DNA of 64,000 nt from Lytechinus pictus (lineage: Eukaryota), in NCBI RefSeq assembly GCF_037042905.1, contig NC_087245.1, positions 22,756,001 to 22,820,000 of the forward strand. Reading direction: 5' to 3'. Position 1 is the stretch's first letter. The number at the start of each line of letters is the position of its first letter. A program made the position numbers and the translations under genes. The notes under the pieces are model-generated. The model did no database searches and had not been told where the DNA came from. It saw only the letters and a program-made list of their open reading frames with translations. Positions 25,136 through 39,400 of this stretch are shown in pieces.

Positions 25136-26103
25136 CTGGTAAACAATGAATGTAGAGGGTTGGTCATTAAAGTGAATTATATACAAGAAACTCTATGATT
25201 TTACTTCTTAATTTGGTTGTACACACATCACTTGTCCTCCAACTTTATATCTATATGATTTGTTGATTTTCTTTGATAATCTCGCGATTCTTTTTTTCAA
25301 CCAATGTTTGGAATTCAAATGAAGCAATCTTCTAAAGCTAGCTCACCTACAGATACTTAAAATCATATGAATTGACATTATTATTTAAATATTTATACAA
25401 TTTTTATGACAAAATTATCCTTGCGTCCCTGATGCGTACGTTCGGGCGCTACAGTGATAAAAATACAGTGGTTGCTCTCCTAGTCATATATTCTTTGAAA
25501 GAGATTAATAATCTAGAATGAGATCTTTAAATTGCTGAAAAGTCTGCCATTCCGTTTCTGTAATGTCTGCTTTTGGAAAACAAGATATAATTCTTGCGGG
25601 ATCCAGTAAGAAATCATTAATCATTGACCGATAAATATTACATGCAATCAGTTACAATAACTCCCTACCTCTTGTAAATTTTATTGTATTTTGCCAAAGA
25701 AGTTAACACTAAAAACAATAAGAGAATTTTCAGAATACCTTTTATCTCGATATGTTATCTTGCGCAAAGAGAAATTTATGCTTTGCGCATACTTTAGCTA
25801 TGACATCATGCGCCCTCAGTGAAAGTTACAAGAAATGTTACAAGAATGGTTTTAAAAGATTTCACAGTATATAAATTTTATTGTAACAGTGAAGATACAC
25901 AAGAAAATTTGTCTTTATTGAAAATACAATTTTCAGAATACTGTCCTCGGAATGTTAAGAAGTTTATTGCAAATGTCTTGTCCCCATACCAATACACACA
26001 AAATGAGGAAAGGTAAGGGATGTTTACTGCATTACTTGGAATAATACAAATTTTTATTTGTAATGATAGATGGTATGGGTAAAGGGCAAATGAATAAAAA
26101 AAA

Positions 26104-26174
26104 TGCCTTCACCCTGAATTGAACCAAGGGTCTCCAACTGGATATCTATTGCTTCACCAATAAACCAAGATATT
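26104..26174 (-). pseudogene. Degenerate tRNA-like / SINE-head cassette (one per unit)
   Basis: Minus strand reads aatatct TGGTTTATTGG tgaagc...ccctt GGTTCAATTC agggtgaaggca TTTTTTTT: A box, B box, tRNA spacing and an oligo-T terminator. The D stem pairs; acceptor and anticodon stems do not. Copies begin at 30331, 34557, 38783, 43010, 47230 and 55480. Confidence 0.55.
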
Positions 26175-26469
26175 TACCATATTTAGTCTTAAGTTCTTAT
26201 CTAACCAAGTGCTCTGTGTGAATTGTGCAAGCAATTTTTTTCACAAACCAGCATACCGACTATTAAAGCACAGATTAAACAAAACTTGTCTTTAAAAAAA
26301 AAATCATTTGTTGTGTCTCTAGGAAAATAGGCAGATGAACGATCCTAAGACAATTCACAAAAAGTTCGGTATTCAAAACATAATTTGAATTAGCAAAATA
26401 TTTAAAAGCATTTATTTCAGAGACATATTTTCACATTGCAAGCCTGCTGGCTGTATATATTGTCAGCAG

Positions 26470-26597
26470 GGTCCCGCAATACAAAGGTTAGATATTGATC
26501 TCACGCTTGATTTTAACGATTGATTGCACATTGTATTCAATGGAATCAATCGTGGAAAATGTTTTACTATCATTGCTAAGCTTTGTGTTACGGGTCC
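26470..26597. mobile_element. Small Harbinger-type MITE (one per unit)
   Basis: CAG|ggtcccgcaatacaaaggttag ... ctaagctttgtgttacgggtcc|CAG. Confidence 0.8.
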
Positions 26598-26629
26598 CAG
26601 ATCATATAAAATACATGCTCTTGACTTAC

Positions 26630-26784
26630 ATTCTTAATTCAAATACAGTCTTCCATAGACTTCACTATCTCTGTAGCCTCTGTTTTGCAAGGTCGATAGG
26701 TCCTTTGCGTTTGGCAATATAACCAGTAGGTCAAAATCCCTTTGTCCCTCTTGTACATGCTCTCCCTTGTTATAACTGCTAAAG
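26630..26784 (-). other. Exon-like cassette B (155 nt)
   Basis: ttttgtgtcatttcag|CTTTAGCAG...AAGAAT|gtaagt. Copies at 30856-31010, 35082-35236, 39309-39463, 43536-43690 and 47756-47911. Diverged copies at 56138-56305 and ~22127-22275. Confidence 0.65.
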
Positions 26785-26949
26785 CTGAAATGACACAAAA
26801 GTGAAATGATCAATTAATACAAAAACACTTTGACAATATTTAGTCAATAATCAACCATAATAGCAAGGATAAATCTTGAAAATGGGTTTTGTAACACAAA
26901 TATTTATAATTGTAGTTTAGTTGATTTGAATGCGTGATTTCATATCTGA

Positions 26950-27411
26950 CCAGTCACCCCAAACCAACAATGAGTTGCTAGGAAGGTTCTCTGTAAATAG
27001 CCAAAATAGTATTAATGTTTGGTCTTCAAAAAGCATAAATTTGACAATTAGCTTATCTAAAATATTAATTTTTGCTCTTCATACGGTCAAGATTTGAAGT
27101 TGCCAAGTTGAATGAAAATGAGGATATAAGAGTTTCTTTTGCACCACTTTTTGAGAACTGCTTGAAAGTTTCACTGATATTGCAGAACGTGCACATTTCA
27201 TGCTTGAGTGAACCCTGACCTTCAAACTTTGTTTTATGAAGCTCTTGCAGAATTTCTTCTGCATTCAATCAAGTACTTGTGAGGGTTATTGTTAATCAAT
27301 TTTGACAAGTTTTATATCATTTCAACTCTTAGGATGTGCTTGTTAAAGATCAATTAAATTAAATCTAAAAATTTGTTTTGAACGACTAATTGTCAGTTTT
27401 GGGGGGCTGGT
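26950..27411. mobile_element. Decayed MITE in array unit
   Basis: Imperfect TIRs accagtcaccccaaaccaacaatgagt / actaattgtcagttttggggggctggt. Absent from the equivalent position of unit 7. Confidence 0.5.
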
Positions 27412-30400
27412 CACATATAATGGTCAATGTAAGCAAGTGCAAAATTTAGACCCACAACCAACCACTTGGCTGTTTTATAGGGTTCCAATCAGAAGAGTGG
27501 GAAACCTCTCAAGAAAAGATGTTTCATGGCCAAAAATATGTAGCCAAGGAATTCATTTTACTTTTGGCAGGAACATGCCATACCCAAGAACACTGTAGCG
27601 ATACCTCTCTGTTGTGACCAGAGTTTGCTTTGCCCCAAACACTGACTTCAGTATTCAACATCACACATGTACTTGAACAATATAACATATCTGATTTGAG
27701 CTAGGTTTTCTCCGGATATAACATTACAGAAAAGACATCAATCGACCACCCTAGAGTAGACCTCAACCTTGAAATATGGGTTCCTATTGTTCCTGTTCCT
27801 CCTCTTGGAATATTAACCTATTATATTAAATATTGAATTTAAATTTGTATTTAACTTAAAAAAGGAAATTCTCAATAAATTTGAAACAAAATCCCTGTAA
27901 CAACTCCCACCTTCATCCTCACATGCATGTCAAAAGAGAAATTATTTTAGGGTTTGTCAGTAATTTTCACTGACAGATGTTATAAGCTACATCAATCCTT
28001 GCATCTGATCCCGGAGGGGCCACTTCCATTAACAAGTGGATACCATGCGCGACCATGGGGTCTTGAAGAGCCGCCTAAACACGTATTTTCTATATTCTGA
28101 GAATGCACCCCTTAACAAGTATTGGCGTGTGAAACCCTACCCTTAACAAGTATTGGAAACAAATACTATTGGCAAGTATTCCCAAAATTGAGCCCCTAAA
28201 CCAGTACAGTGATAACAGTGATGTATTTTCCATATTCTGAAAATGCACCCCTTAACAAGTATTGGAAACAAAACGATACTCTTGGCAAGTATTTCCTGAA
28301 ATGAACCCCTAAACAAGTACAGCGATATTTTATTGATGTGTCACGGGTCCGTCAGTTGTCGGTTTTACCTTTACACACCATTATTTTGGTTTAGTACGGT
28401 CACACCTCGCGCAAATCGAACTCTAAACACGTAGTGTTGGGGCAAAAGGACATCCTTTATAAAAATTTTTTATTTTGTTTTATCATCCCCGCATATTTGA
28501 CCCTAAACACGTATATTTTTCCGAGCAAAATAGATACTCTTTTTTCAATATTTTTTGTGATTTTGACACCCTTTTCACGTTACGTACGTAATATGCCCTG
28601 AAATAGACATCCTTTTTACATGTTTTTTGGTCGCGCATGGTATCCACCTGTCAATGTAAGTGGCCCCCCCCCCCCGGCCATCTGATTGGCTGACATAAAA
28701 TAAAAGTCAGTGAAATACACTGACAAAAACCTTTCATGAAAATCTCCCCTGAAATATGACGTTGTTTTACTTACCATTTGAGGTTTATTAGTCTGCAGCC
28801 TGACCTACGGAACGATAGACAGCCGTCTGCTGGGTGGGCGGGACACTGGACTATTGGCAGGCGATGAGGATGCAGAAAAGCTGATTGGTTGATATAGTGG
28901 CTAAGTTTACACAGAGGCAGCACAGGAGAGGCATTACCCCCTGGGTGTGAAGGCATCGATGATCTCCCATCAGAGACACCTGTAAACAATGAGATTTAAG
29001 GAAACAAAAATTTTCACTGACACGCGTTAAAGCTACAGGACATTTATGCATTTGATTGGCTAAATGCAAATTAAAGACAGTGAAAATCAAAGACAAAAGC
29101 TTTCATGAAACACTCTCCTAAAATAGGATGTAGTTTAATACTTACCACCTGAAGTTATAGATCTTTAGCCAGACCTGGGGATCAACAGACAGCTGTCTGC
29201 TGGGTGGGCGGGGCACTGGACTATGGGCGGGTGATGAGAATGCAGAGAAGCTGATTGGTTGGCTGGTATAGTTGCTATGGCTGTCTACCGAGGGACAACA
29301 GGGGAGGGGCCACACCTGCGGGTAAGGGGGCATTGATGATCACCTGTCAGAGACACCTGGTAAACAATGAATGTAGAGGGTTGGTCATTAAAGTGAATTA
29401 TATACAAGAAACTCTATGATTTTACTTCTTAATTTGGTTGTACACACATCACTTGTCCTCCAACTTTATATCTATATGATTTGTTGATTTTCTTTGATAA
29501 TCTCGATTCGAGTATATCTTTTTTTTAACCAATGTTTGGAATTCAAATGAAGCAATCTTTTAAAGCTAGCTCACCTACAGATACTTAAAATCATATGAAT
29601 TGACATTATTATTTAAATATTTATACAATTTTTATGACAAAATTATCCTTGCGTCCCTGATGCGTACGTTCGGGCGCTACAGTGATAAAAATACAGTGGT
29701 TGCTCTCCTAGTCATATATTCTTTGAAAGAGATTAATAATCTAGAATGAGATCTTTAAATTGCTGAAAAGTCTGCCAATCCGTTTCTGTAATGTCTGCTT
29801 TTGGAAAACAAGATATAATTCTTGCGGGATCCAGTAAGAAATCATTAATCATTGACCGATAAATATTACATGCAATCAGTTACAATAACTCCCTACCTCT
29901 TGTAAATTTTATTGTATTTGCCAAAGAAGTTAACACTAAAAACAATAAGAGAATTTTCAGAATACCTTTTATCTCGATATGTTATCTTGCGCAAAGAGAA
30001 ATTTATGCTTTGCGCATACTTTAGCTATGACATCATGCGCCCTCAGTGAAAGTTACAAGAAATGTTACAAGAATGGTTTTAAAAGATTTCACAGTATATA
30101 AATTTTATTGTAACAGTGAAGATACACAAGAAAATTTGTCTTTATTGAAAATACAATTTTCAGAATACTGTCCTCGGAATGTTAAGAAGTTTATTGCAAA
30201 TGTCTTGTCCCCATACCAATACACACAAAATGAGGAAAGGTAAGGGATGTTTACTGCATTACTTGGAATAATACAAATTTTTATTTGTAATGATAGATGG
30301 TATGGGTAAAGGGCAAATGAATAAAAAAAATGCCTTCACCCTGAATTGAACCAAGGGTCTCCAACTGGATATCTATTGCTTCACCAATAAACCAAGATAT

Positions 30401-33400
30401 TTACTATATTTAGTCTTAGGTTCTTATCTAACCAAGTGCTCGGTGTGAATTGTGCAAGCAAATTTTTTCACAAACCAGCATACCGACTATTAAAGCACAG
30501 ATTAAACAAAACTTGTCTTAAAAAAAAAATCATTTGTTGTGTCTCTAGGAAAATAGGCAGATGAACGATCCTAAGACAATTCACAAAAAGTTCGGTATTC
30601 AAAACATAATTTGAATTAGCAATATATTTAAAAGCATTTATTTCAGAGACATATTTTCACATTGCAAGCCTGCTGGCTGTATATATTGTCAGCAGGGTCC
30701 CGCAATACAAAGGTTAGATATTGATCTCACGCTTGATTTCAACGATTGATTGCACATTGTATTCAATGGAATCAATCGTGGAAAATGTTTTACTATCATT
30801 GCTAAGCTTTGTGTTACGGGTCCCAGATCATATAAAATACATGCTCTTGACTTACATTCTTAATTCAAATACAGTCTTCCATAGACTTCACTATCTCTGT
30901 AGCCTCTGTTTTGCAAGGTCGATAGGTCCTTTGCGTTTGGCAATATAACCAGTAGGTCAAAATCCCTTTGTCCCTCTTGTACATGCTCTCCCTTGTTATA
31001 ACTGCTAAAGCTGAAATGACACAAAAGTGAAATGATCAATTAATACAAAAACACTTTGACAATATTTAGTCAATAATCAACCATAATAGCAAGGATAAAT
31101 CTTGAAAATGGGTTTTGTAACACAAATATTTATAATTGTAGTTTAGTTGATTTGAATGCGTGATTTCATATCTGACCAGTCACCCCAAACCAACAATGAG
31201 TTGCTAGGAAGGTTCTCTGTAAATAGCCAAAATAGTATTAATGTTTGGTCTTCAAAAAGCATAAATTTGAAAATTAGCTTATCTAAAATATTAATTTTTG
31301 CTCTTCATACGGTCAAGATTTGAAGTTGCCGAGTTGAATGAAAATGAGGATATAAGAGTTTCTTTTGCACCACTTTTTGAGAACTGCTTGAAAGTTTCAC
31401 TGATATTGCAGAACGTGCACATTTCATGCTTGAGTGAACCCTGACCTTCAAACTTTGTTTTATGAAGCTCTTGCAGAATTTCTTCTGCATTCAATCAAGT
31501 ACTTGTGAGGGTTATTGTTAATCAATTTTGACAAGTTTTATATCATTTCAACTCTTAGGATGTGCTTGTTAAAGATCAATTAAATTAAATCTAAAAATAT
31601 GTTTTGAACGACTAATTGTCAGTTTTGGGGGGCTGGTCACATATAATGGTCAATGTAAGCAAGTGCAAAATTTAGACCCACAACCAACCACTTGGCTGTT
31701 TTATAGGGTTCCAATCAGAAGAGTGGGAAACCTCTCAAGAAAAGATGTTTCATGGCCAAAAATATGTAGCCAAGGAATTCATTTTACTTTTGGCAGGAAC
31801 ATGCCATACCCAAGAACACTGTAGCGATACCTCTCTGTTGTGACCAGAGTTTGCTTTGCCCCAAACACTGACTTCAGTATTCAACATCACACATGTACTT
31901 GAACAATATAACATATCTGATTTGAGCTAGGTTTTCTCCGGATATAACATTACAGAAAAGACATCAATCGACCACCCTAGAGTAGACCTCAACCTTGAAA
32001 TATGGGTTCCTATTGTTCCTGTTCCTCCTCTTGGAATATTAACCTATTATATTAAATATTGAATTTAAATTTGTATTTAACTTAAAAAAGGAAATTCTCA
32101 ATAAATTTGAAACAAAATCCCTGTAACAACTCCCACCTTCATCCTCACATGCATGTCAAAAGAGAAATTATTTTAGGGTTTGTCAGTAATTTTCACTGAC
32201 AGATGTTATAAGCTACATCAATCCTTGCATCTGATCCCGGAGGGGCCACTTCCATTAACAAGTGGATACCATGCGCGACCATGGGGTCTTGAAGAGCCGC
32301 CTAAACACGTATTTTCTATATTCTGAGAATGCACCCCTTAACAAGTATTGGCGTGTGAAACCCTACCCTTAACAAGTATTGGAAACAAATACTATTGGCA
32401 AGTATTCCCAAAATTGAGCCCCTAAACCAGTACAGTGATAACAGTGATGTATTTTCCATATTCTGAAAATGCACCCCTTAACAAGTATTGGAAACAAAAC
32501 GATACTCTTGGCAAGTATTTCCTGAAATGAACCCCTAAACAAGTACAGCGATATTTTATTGATGTGTCACGGGTCCGTCAGTTGTCGGTTTTACCTTTAC
32601 ACACCATTATTTTGGTTTAGTACGGTCACACCTCGCGCAAATCGAACTCTAAACACGTAGTGTTGGGGCAAAAGGACATCCTTTATAAAAATTTTTTATT
32701 TTGTTTTATCATCCCCGCATATTTGACCCTAAACACGTATATTTTTCCGAGCAAAATAGATACTCTTTTTTCAATATTTTTTGTGATTTTGACACCCTTT
32801 TCACGTTACGTACGTAATATGCCCTGAAATAGACATCCTTTTTACATGTTTTTTGGTCGCGCATGGTATCCACCTGTCAATGTAAGTGGCCCCCCCCCCC
32901 CGGCCATCTGATTGGCTGACATAAAATAAAAGTCAGTGAAATACACTGACAAAAACCTTTCATGAAAATCTCCCCTGAAATATGACGTTGTTTTACTTAC
33001 CATTTGAGGTTTATTAGTCTGCAGCCTGACCTACGGAACGATAGACAGCCGTCTGCTGGGTGGGCGGGACACTGGACTATTGGCAGGCGATGAGGATGCA
33101 GAAAAGCTGATTGGTTGATATAGTGGCTAAGTTTACACAGAGGCAGCACAGGAGAGGCATTACCCCCTGGGTGTGAAGGCATCGATGATCTCCCATCAGA
33201 GACACCTGTAAACAATGAGATTTAAGGAAACAAAAATTTTCACTGACACGCGTTAAAGCTACAGGACATTTATGCATTTGATTGGCTAAATGCAAATTAA
33301 AGACAGTGAAAATCAAAGACAAAAGCTTTCATGAAACACTCTCCTAAAATAGGATGTAGTTTAATACTTACCACCTGAAGTTATAGATCTTTAGCCAGAC

Positions 33401-36400
33401 CTGGGGATCAACAGACAGCTGTCTGCTGGGTGGGCGGGGCACTGGACTATGGGCGGGTGATGAGAATGCAGAGAAGCTGATTGGTTGGCTGGTATAGTTG
33501 CTATGGCTGTCTACCGAGGGACAACAGGGGAGGGGCCACACCTGCGGGTAAGGGGGCATTGATGATCACCTGTCAGAGACACCTGGTAAACAATGAATGT
33601 AGAGGGTTGGTCATTAAAGTGAATTATATACAAGAAACTCTATGATTTTACTTCTTAATTTGGTTGTACACACATCACTTGTCCTCCAACTTTATATCTA
33701 TATGATTTGTTGATTTTCTTTGATAATCTCGATTCGAGTATATCTTTTTTTTAACCAATGTTTGGAATTCAAATGAAGCAATCTTTTAAAGCTAGCTCAC
33801 CTACAGATACTTAAAATCATATGAATTGACATTATTATTTAAATATTTATACAATTTTTATGACAAAATTATCCTTGCGTCCCTGATGCGTACGTTCGGG
33901 CGCTACAGTGATAAAAATACAGTGGTTGCTCTCCTAGTCATATATTCTTTGAAAGAGATTAATAATCTAGAATGAGATCTTTAAATTGCTGAAAAGTCTG
34001 CCAATCCGTTTCTGTAATGTCTGCTTTTGGAAAACAAGATATAATTCTTGCGGGATCCAGTAAGAAATCATTAATCATTGACCGATAAATATTACATGCA
34101 ATCAGTTACAATAACTCCCTACCTCTTGTAAATTTTATTGTATTTGCCAAAGAAGTTAACACTAAAAACAATAAGAGAATTTTCAGAATACCTTTTATCT
34201 CGATATGTTATCTTGCGCAAAGAGAAATTTATGCTTTGCGCATACTTTAGCTATGACATCATGCGCCCTCAGTGAAAGTTACAAGAAATGTTACAAGAAT
34301 GGTTTTAAAAGATTTCACAGTATATAAATTTTATTGTAACAGTGAAGATACACAAGAAAATTTGTCTTTATTGAAAATACAATTTTCAGAATACTGTCCT
34401 CGGAATGTTAAGAAGTTTATTGCAAATGTCTTGTCCCCATACCAATACACACAAAATGAGGAAAGGTAAGGGATGTTTACTGCATTACTTGGAATAATAC
34501 AAATTTTTATTTGTAATGATAGATGGTATGGGTAAAGGGCAAATGAATAAAAAAAATGCCTTCACCCTGAATTGAACCAAGGGTCTCCAACTGGATATCT
34601 ATTGCTTCACCAATAAACCAAGATATTTACTATATTTAGTCTTAGGTTCTTATCTAACCAAGTGCTCTGTGTGAATTGTGCAAGCAAATTTTTTCACAAA
34701 CCAGCATACCGACTATTAAAGCACAGATTAAACAAAACTTGTCTTAAAAAAAAAATCATTTGTTGTGTCTCTAGGAAAATAGGCAGATGAACGATCCTAA
34801 GACAATTCACAAAAAGTTCGGTATTCAAAACATAATTTGAATTAGCAATATATTTAAAAGCATTTATTTCAGAGACATATTTTCACATTGCAAGCCTGCT
34901 GGCTGTATATATTGTCAGCAGGGTCCCGCAATACAAAGGTTAGATATTGATCTCACGCTTGATTTCAACGATTGATTGCACATTGTATTCAATGGAATCA
35001 ATCGTGGAAAATGTTTTACTATCATTGCTAAGCTTTGTGTTACGGGTCCCAGATCATATAAAATACATGCTCTTGACTTACATTCTTAATTCAAATACAG
35101 TCTTCCATAGACTTCACTATCTCTGTAGCCTCTGTTTTGCAAGGTCGATAGGTCCTTTGCGTTTGGCAATATAACCAGTAGGTCAAAATCCCTTTGTCCC
35201 TCTTGTACATGCTCTCCCTTGTTATAACTGCTAAAGCTGAAATGACACAAAAGTGAAATGATCAATTAATACAAAAACACTTTGACAATATTTAGTCAAT
35301 AATCAACCATAATAGCAAGGATAAATCTTGAAAATGGGTTTTGTAACACAAATATTTATAATTGTAGTTTAGTTGATTTGAATGCGTGATTTCATATCTG
35401 ACCAGTCACCCCAAACCAACAATGAGTTGCTAGGAAGGTTCTCTGTAAATAGCCAAAATAGTATTAATGTTTGGTCTTCAAAAAGCATAAATTTGAAAAT
35501 TAGCTTATCTAAAATATTAATTTTTGCTCTTCATACGGTCAAGATTTGAAGTTGCCGAGTTGAATGAAAATGAGGATATAAGAGTTTCTTTTGCACCACT
35601 TTTTGAGAACTGCTTGAAAGTTTCACTGATATTGCAGAACGTGCACATTTCATGCTTGAGTGAACCCTGACCTTCAAACTTTGTTTTATGAAGCTCTTGC
35701 AGAATTTCTTCTGCATTCAATCAAGTACTTGTGAGGGTTATTGTTAATCAATTTTGACAAGTTTTATATCATTTCAACTCTTAGGATGTGCTTGTTAAAG
35801 ATCAATTAAATTAAATCTAAAAATATGTTTTGAACGACTAATTGTCAGTTTTGGGGGGCTGGTCACATATAATGGTCAATGTAAGCAAGTGCAAAATTTA
35901 GACCCACAACCAACCACTTGGCTGTTTTATAGGGTTCCAATCAGAAGAGTGGGAAACCTCTCAAGAAAAGATGTTTCATGGCCAAAAATATGTAGCCAAG
36001 GAATTCATTTTACTTTTGGCAGGAACATGCCATACCCAAGAACACTGTAGCGATACCTCTCTGTTGTGACCAGAGTTTGCTTTGCCCCAAACACTGACTT
36101 CAGTATTCAACATCACACATGTACTTGAACAATATAACATATCTGATTTGAGCTAGGTTTTCTCCGGATATAACATTACAGAAAAGACATCAATCGACCA
36201 CCCTAGAGTAGACCTCAACCTTGAAATATGGGTTCCTATTGTTCCTGTTCCTCCTCTTGGAATATTAACCTATTATATTAAATATTGAATTTAAATTTGT
36301 ATTTAACTTAAAAAAGGAAATTCTCAATAAATTTGAAACAAAATCCCTGTAACAACTCCCACCTTCATCCTCACATGCATGTCAAAAGAGAAATTATTTT

Positions 36401-39400
36401 AGGGTTTGTCAGTAATTTTCACTGACAGATGTTATAAGCTACATCAATCCTTGCATCTGATCCCGGAGGGGCCACTTCCATTAACAAGTGGATACCATGC
36501 GCGACCATGGGGTCTTGAAGAGCCGCCTAAACACGTATTTTCTATATTCTGAGAATGCACCCCTTAACAAGTATTGGCGTGTGAAACCCTACCCTTAACA
36601 AGTATTGGAAACAAATACTATTGGCAAGTATTCCCAAAATTGAGCCCCTAAACCAGTACAGTGATAACAGTGATGTATTTTCCATATTCTGAAAATGCAC
36701 CCCTTAACAAGTATTGGAAACAAAACGATACTCTTGGCAAGTATTTCCTGAAATGAACCCCTAAACAAGTACAGCGATATTTTATTGATGTGTCACGGGT
36801 CCGTCAGTTGTCGGTTTTACCTTTACACACCATTATTTTGGTTTAGTACGGTCACACCTCGCGCAAATCGAACTCTAAACACGTAGTGTTGGGGCAAAAG
36901 GACATCCTTTATAAAAATTTTTTATTTTGTTTTATCATCCCCGCATATTTGACCCTAAACACGTATATTTTTCCGAGCAAAATAGATACTCTTTTTTCAA
37001 TATTTTTTGTGATTTTGACACCCTTTTCACGTTACGTACGTAATATGCCCTGAAATAGACATCCTTTTTACATGTTTTTTGGTCGCGCATGGTATCCACC
37101 TGTCAATGTAAGTGGCCCCCCCCCCCCGGCCATCTGATTGGCTGACATAAAATAAAAGTCAGTGAAATACACTGACAAAAACCTTTCATGAAAATCTCCC
37201 CTGAAATATGACGTTGTTTTACTTACCATTTGAGGTTTATTAGTCTGCAGCCTGACCTACGGAACGATAGACAGCCGTCTGCTGGGTGGGCGGGACACTG
37301 GACTATTGGCAGGCGATGAGGATGCAGAAAAGCTGATTGGTTGATATAGTGGCTAAGTTTACACAGAGGCAGCACAGGAGAGGCATTACCCCCTGGGTGT
37401 GAAGGCATCGATGATCTCCCATCAGAGACACCTGTAAACAATGAGATTTAAGGAAACAAAAATTTTCACTGACACGCGTTAAAGCTACAGGACATTTATG
37501 CATTTGATTGGCTAAATGCAAATTAAAGACAGTGAAAATCAAAGACAAAAGCTTTCATGAAACACTCTCCTAAAATAGGATGTAGTTTAATACTTACCAC
37601 CTGAAGTTATAGATCTTTAGCCAGACCTGGGGATCAACAGACAGCTGTCTGCTGGGTGGGCGGGGCACTGGACTATGGGCGGGTGATGAGAATGCAGAGA
37701 AGCTGATTGGTTGGCTGGTATAGTTGCTATGGCTGTCTACCGAGGGACAACAGGGGAGGGGCCACACCTGCGGGTAAGGGGGCATTGATGATCACCTGTC
37801 AGAGACACCTGGTAAACAATGAATGTAGAGGGTTGGTCATTAAAGTGAATTATATACAAGAAACTCTATGATTTTACTTCTTAATTTGGTTGTACACACA
37901 TCACTTGTCCTCCAACTTTATATCTATATGATTTGTTGATTTTCTTTGATAATCTCGATTCGAGTATATCTTTTTTTTAACCAATGTTTGGAATTCAAAT
38001 GAAGCAATCTTTTAAAGCTAGCTCACCTACAGATACTTAAAATCATATGAATTGACATTATTATTTAAATATTTATACAATTTTTATGACAAAATTATCC
38101 TTGCGTCCCTGATGCGTACGTTCGGGCGCTACAGTGATAAAAATACAGTGGTTGCTCTCCTAGTCATATATTCTTTGAAAGAGATTAATAATCTAGAATG
38201 AGATCTTTAAATTGCTGAAAAGTCTGCCAATCCGTTTCTGTAATGTCTGCTTTTGGAAAACAAGATATAATTCTTGCGGGATCCAGTAAGAAATCATTAA
38301 TCATTGACCGATAAATATTACATGCAATCAGTTACAATAACTCCCTACCTCTTGTAAATTTTATTGTATTTGCCAAAGAAGTTAACACTAAAAACAATAA
38401 GAGAATTTTCAGAATACCTTTTATCTCGATATGTTATCTTGCGCAAAGAGAAATTTATGCTTTGCGCATACTTTAGCTATGACATCATGCGCCCTCAGTG
38501 AAAGTTACAAGAAATGTTACAAGAATGGTTTTAAAAGATTTCACAGTATATAAATTTTATTGTAACAGTGAAGATACACAAGAAAATTTGTCTTTATTGA
38601 AAATACAATTTTCAGAATACTGTCCTCGGAATGTTAAGAAGTTTATTGCAAATGTCTTGTCCCCATACCAATACACACAAAATGAGGAAAGGTAAGGGAT
38701 GTTTACTGCATTACTTGGAATAATACAAATTTTTATTTGTAATGATAGATGGTATGGGTAAAGGGCAAATGAATAAAAAAAATGCCTTCACCCTGAATTG
38801 AACCAAGGGTCTCCAACTGGATATCTATTGCTTCACCAATAAACCAAGATATTTACTATATTTAGTCTTAGGTTCTTATCTAACCAAGTGCTCTGTGTGA
38901 ATTGTGCAAGCAAATTTTTTCACAAACCAGCATACCGACTATTAAAGCACAGATTAAACAAAACTTGTCTTAAAAAAAAAAATCATTTGTTGTGTCTCTA
39001 GGAAAATAGGCAGATGAACGATCCTAAGACAATTCACAAAAAGTTCGGTATTCAAAACATAATTTGAATTAGCAAAATATTTAAAAGCATTTATTTCAGA
39101 GACATATTTTCACATTGCAAGCCTGCTGGCTGTATATATTGTCAGCAGGGTCCCGCAATACAAAGGTTAGATATTGATCTCACGCTTGATTTTAACGATT
39201 GATTGCACATTGTATTCAATGGAATCAATCGTGGAAAATGTTTTACTATCATTGCTAAGCTTTGTGTTACGGGTCCCAGATCATATAAAATACATGCTCT
39301 TGACTTACATTCTTAATTCAAATACAGTCTTCCATAGACTTCACTATCTCTGTAGCCTCTGTTTTGCAAGGTCGATAGGTCCTTTGCGTTTGGCAATATA

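Noticed and set aside
26104..26174. Functional tRNA gene
   Set aside because: Acceptor and anticodon stems do not pair, so it is reported only as tRNA-like.
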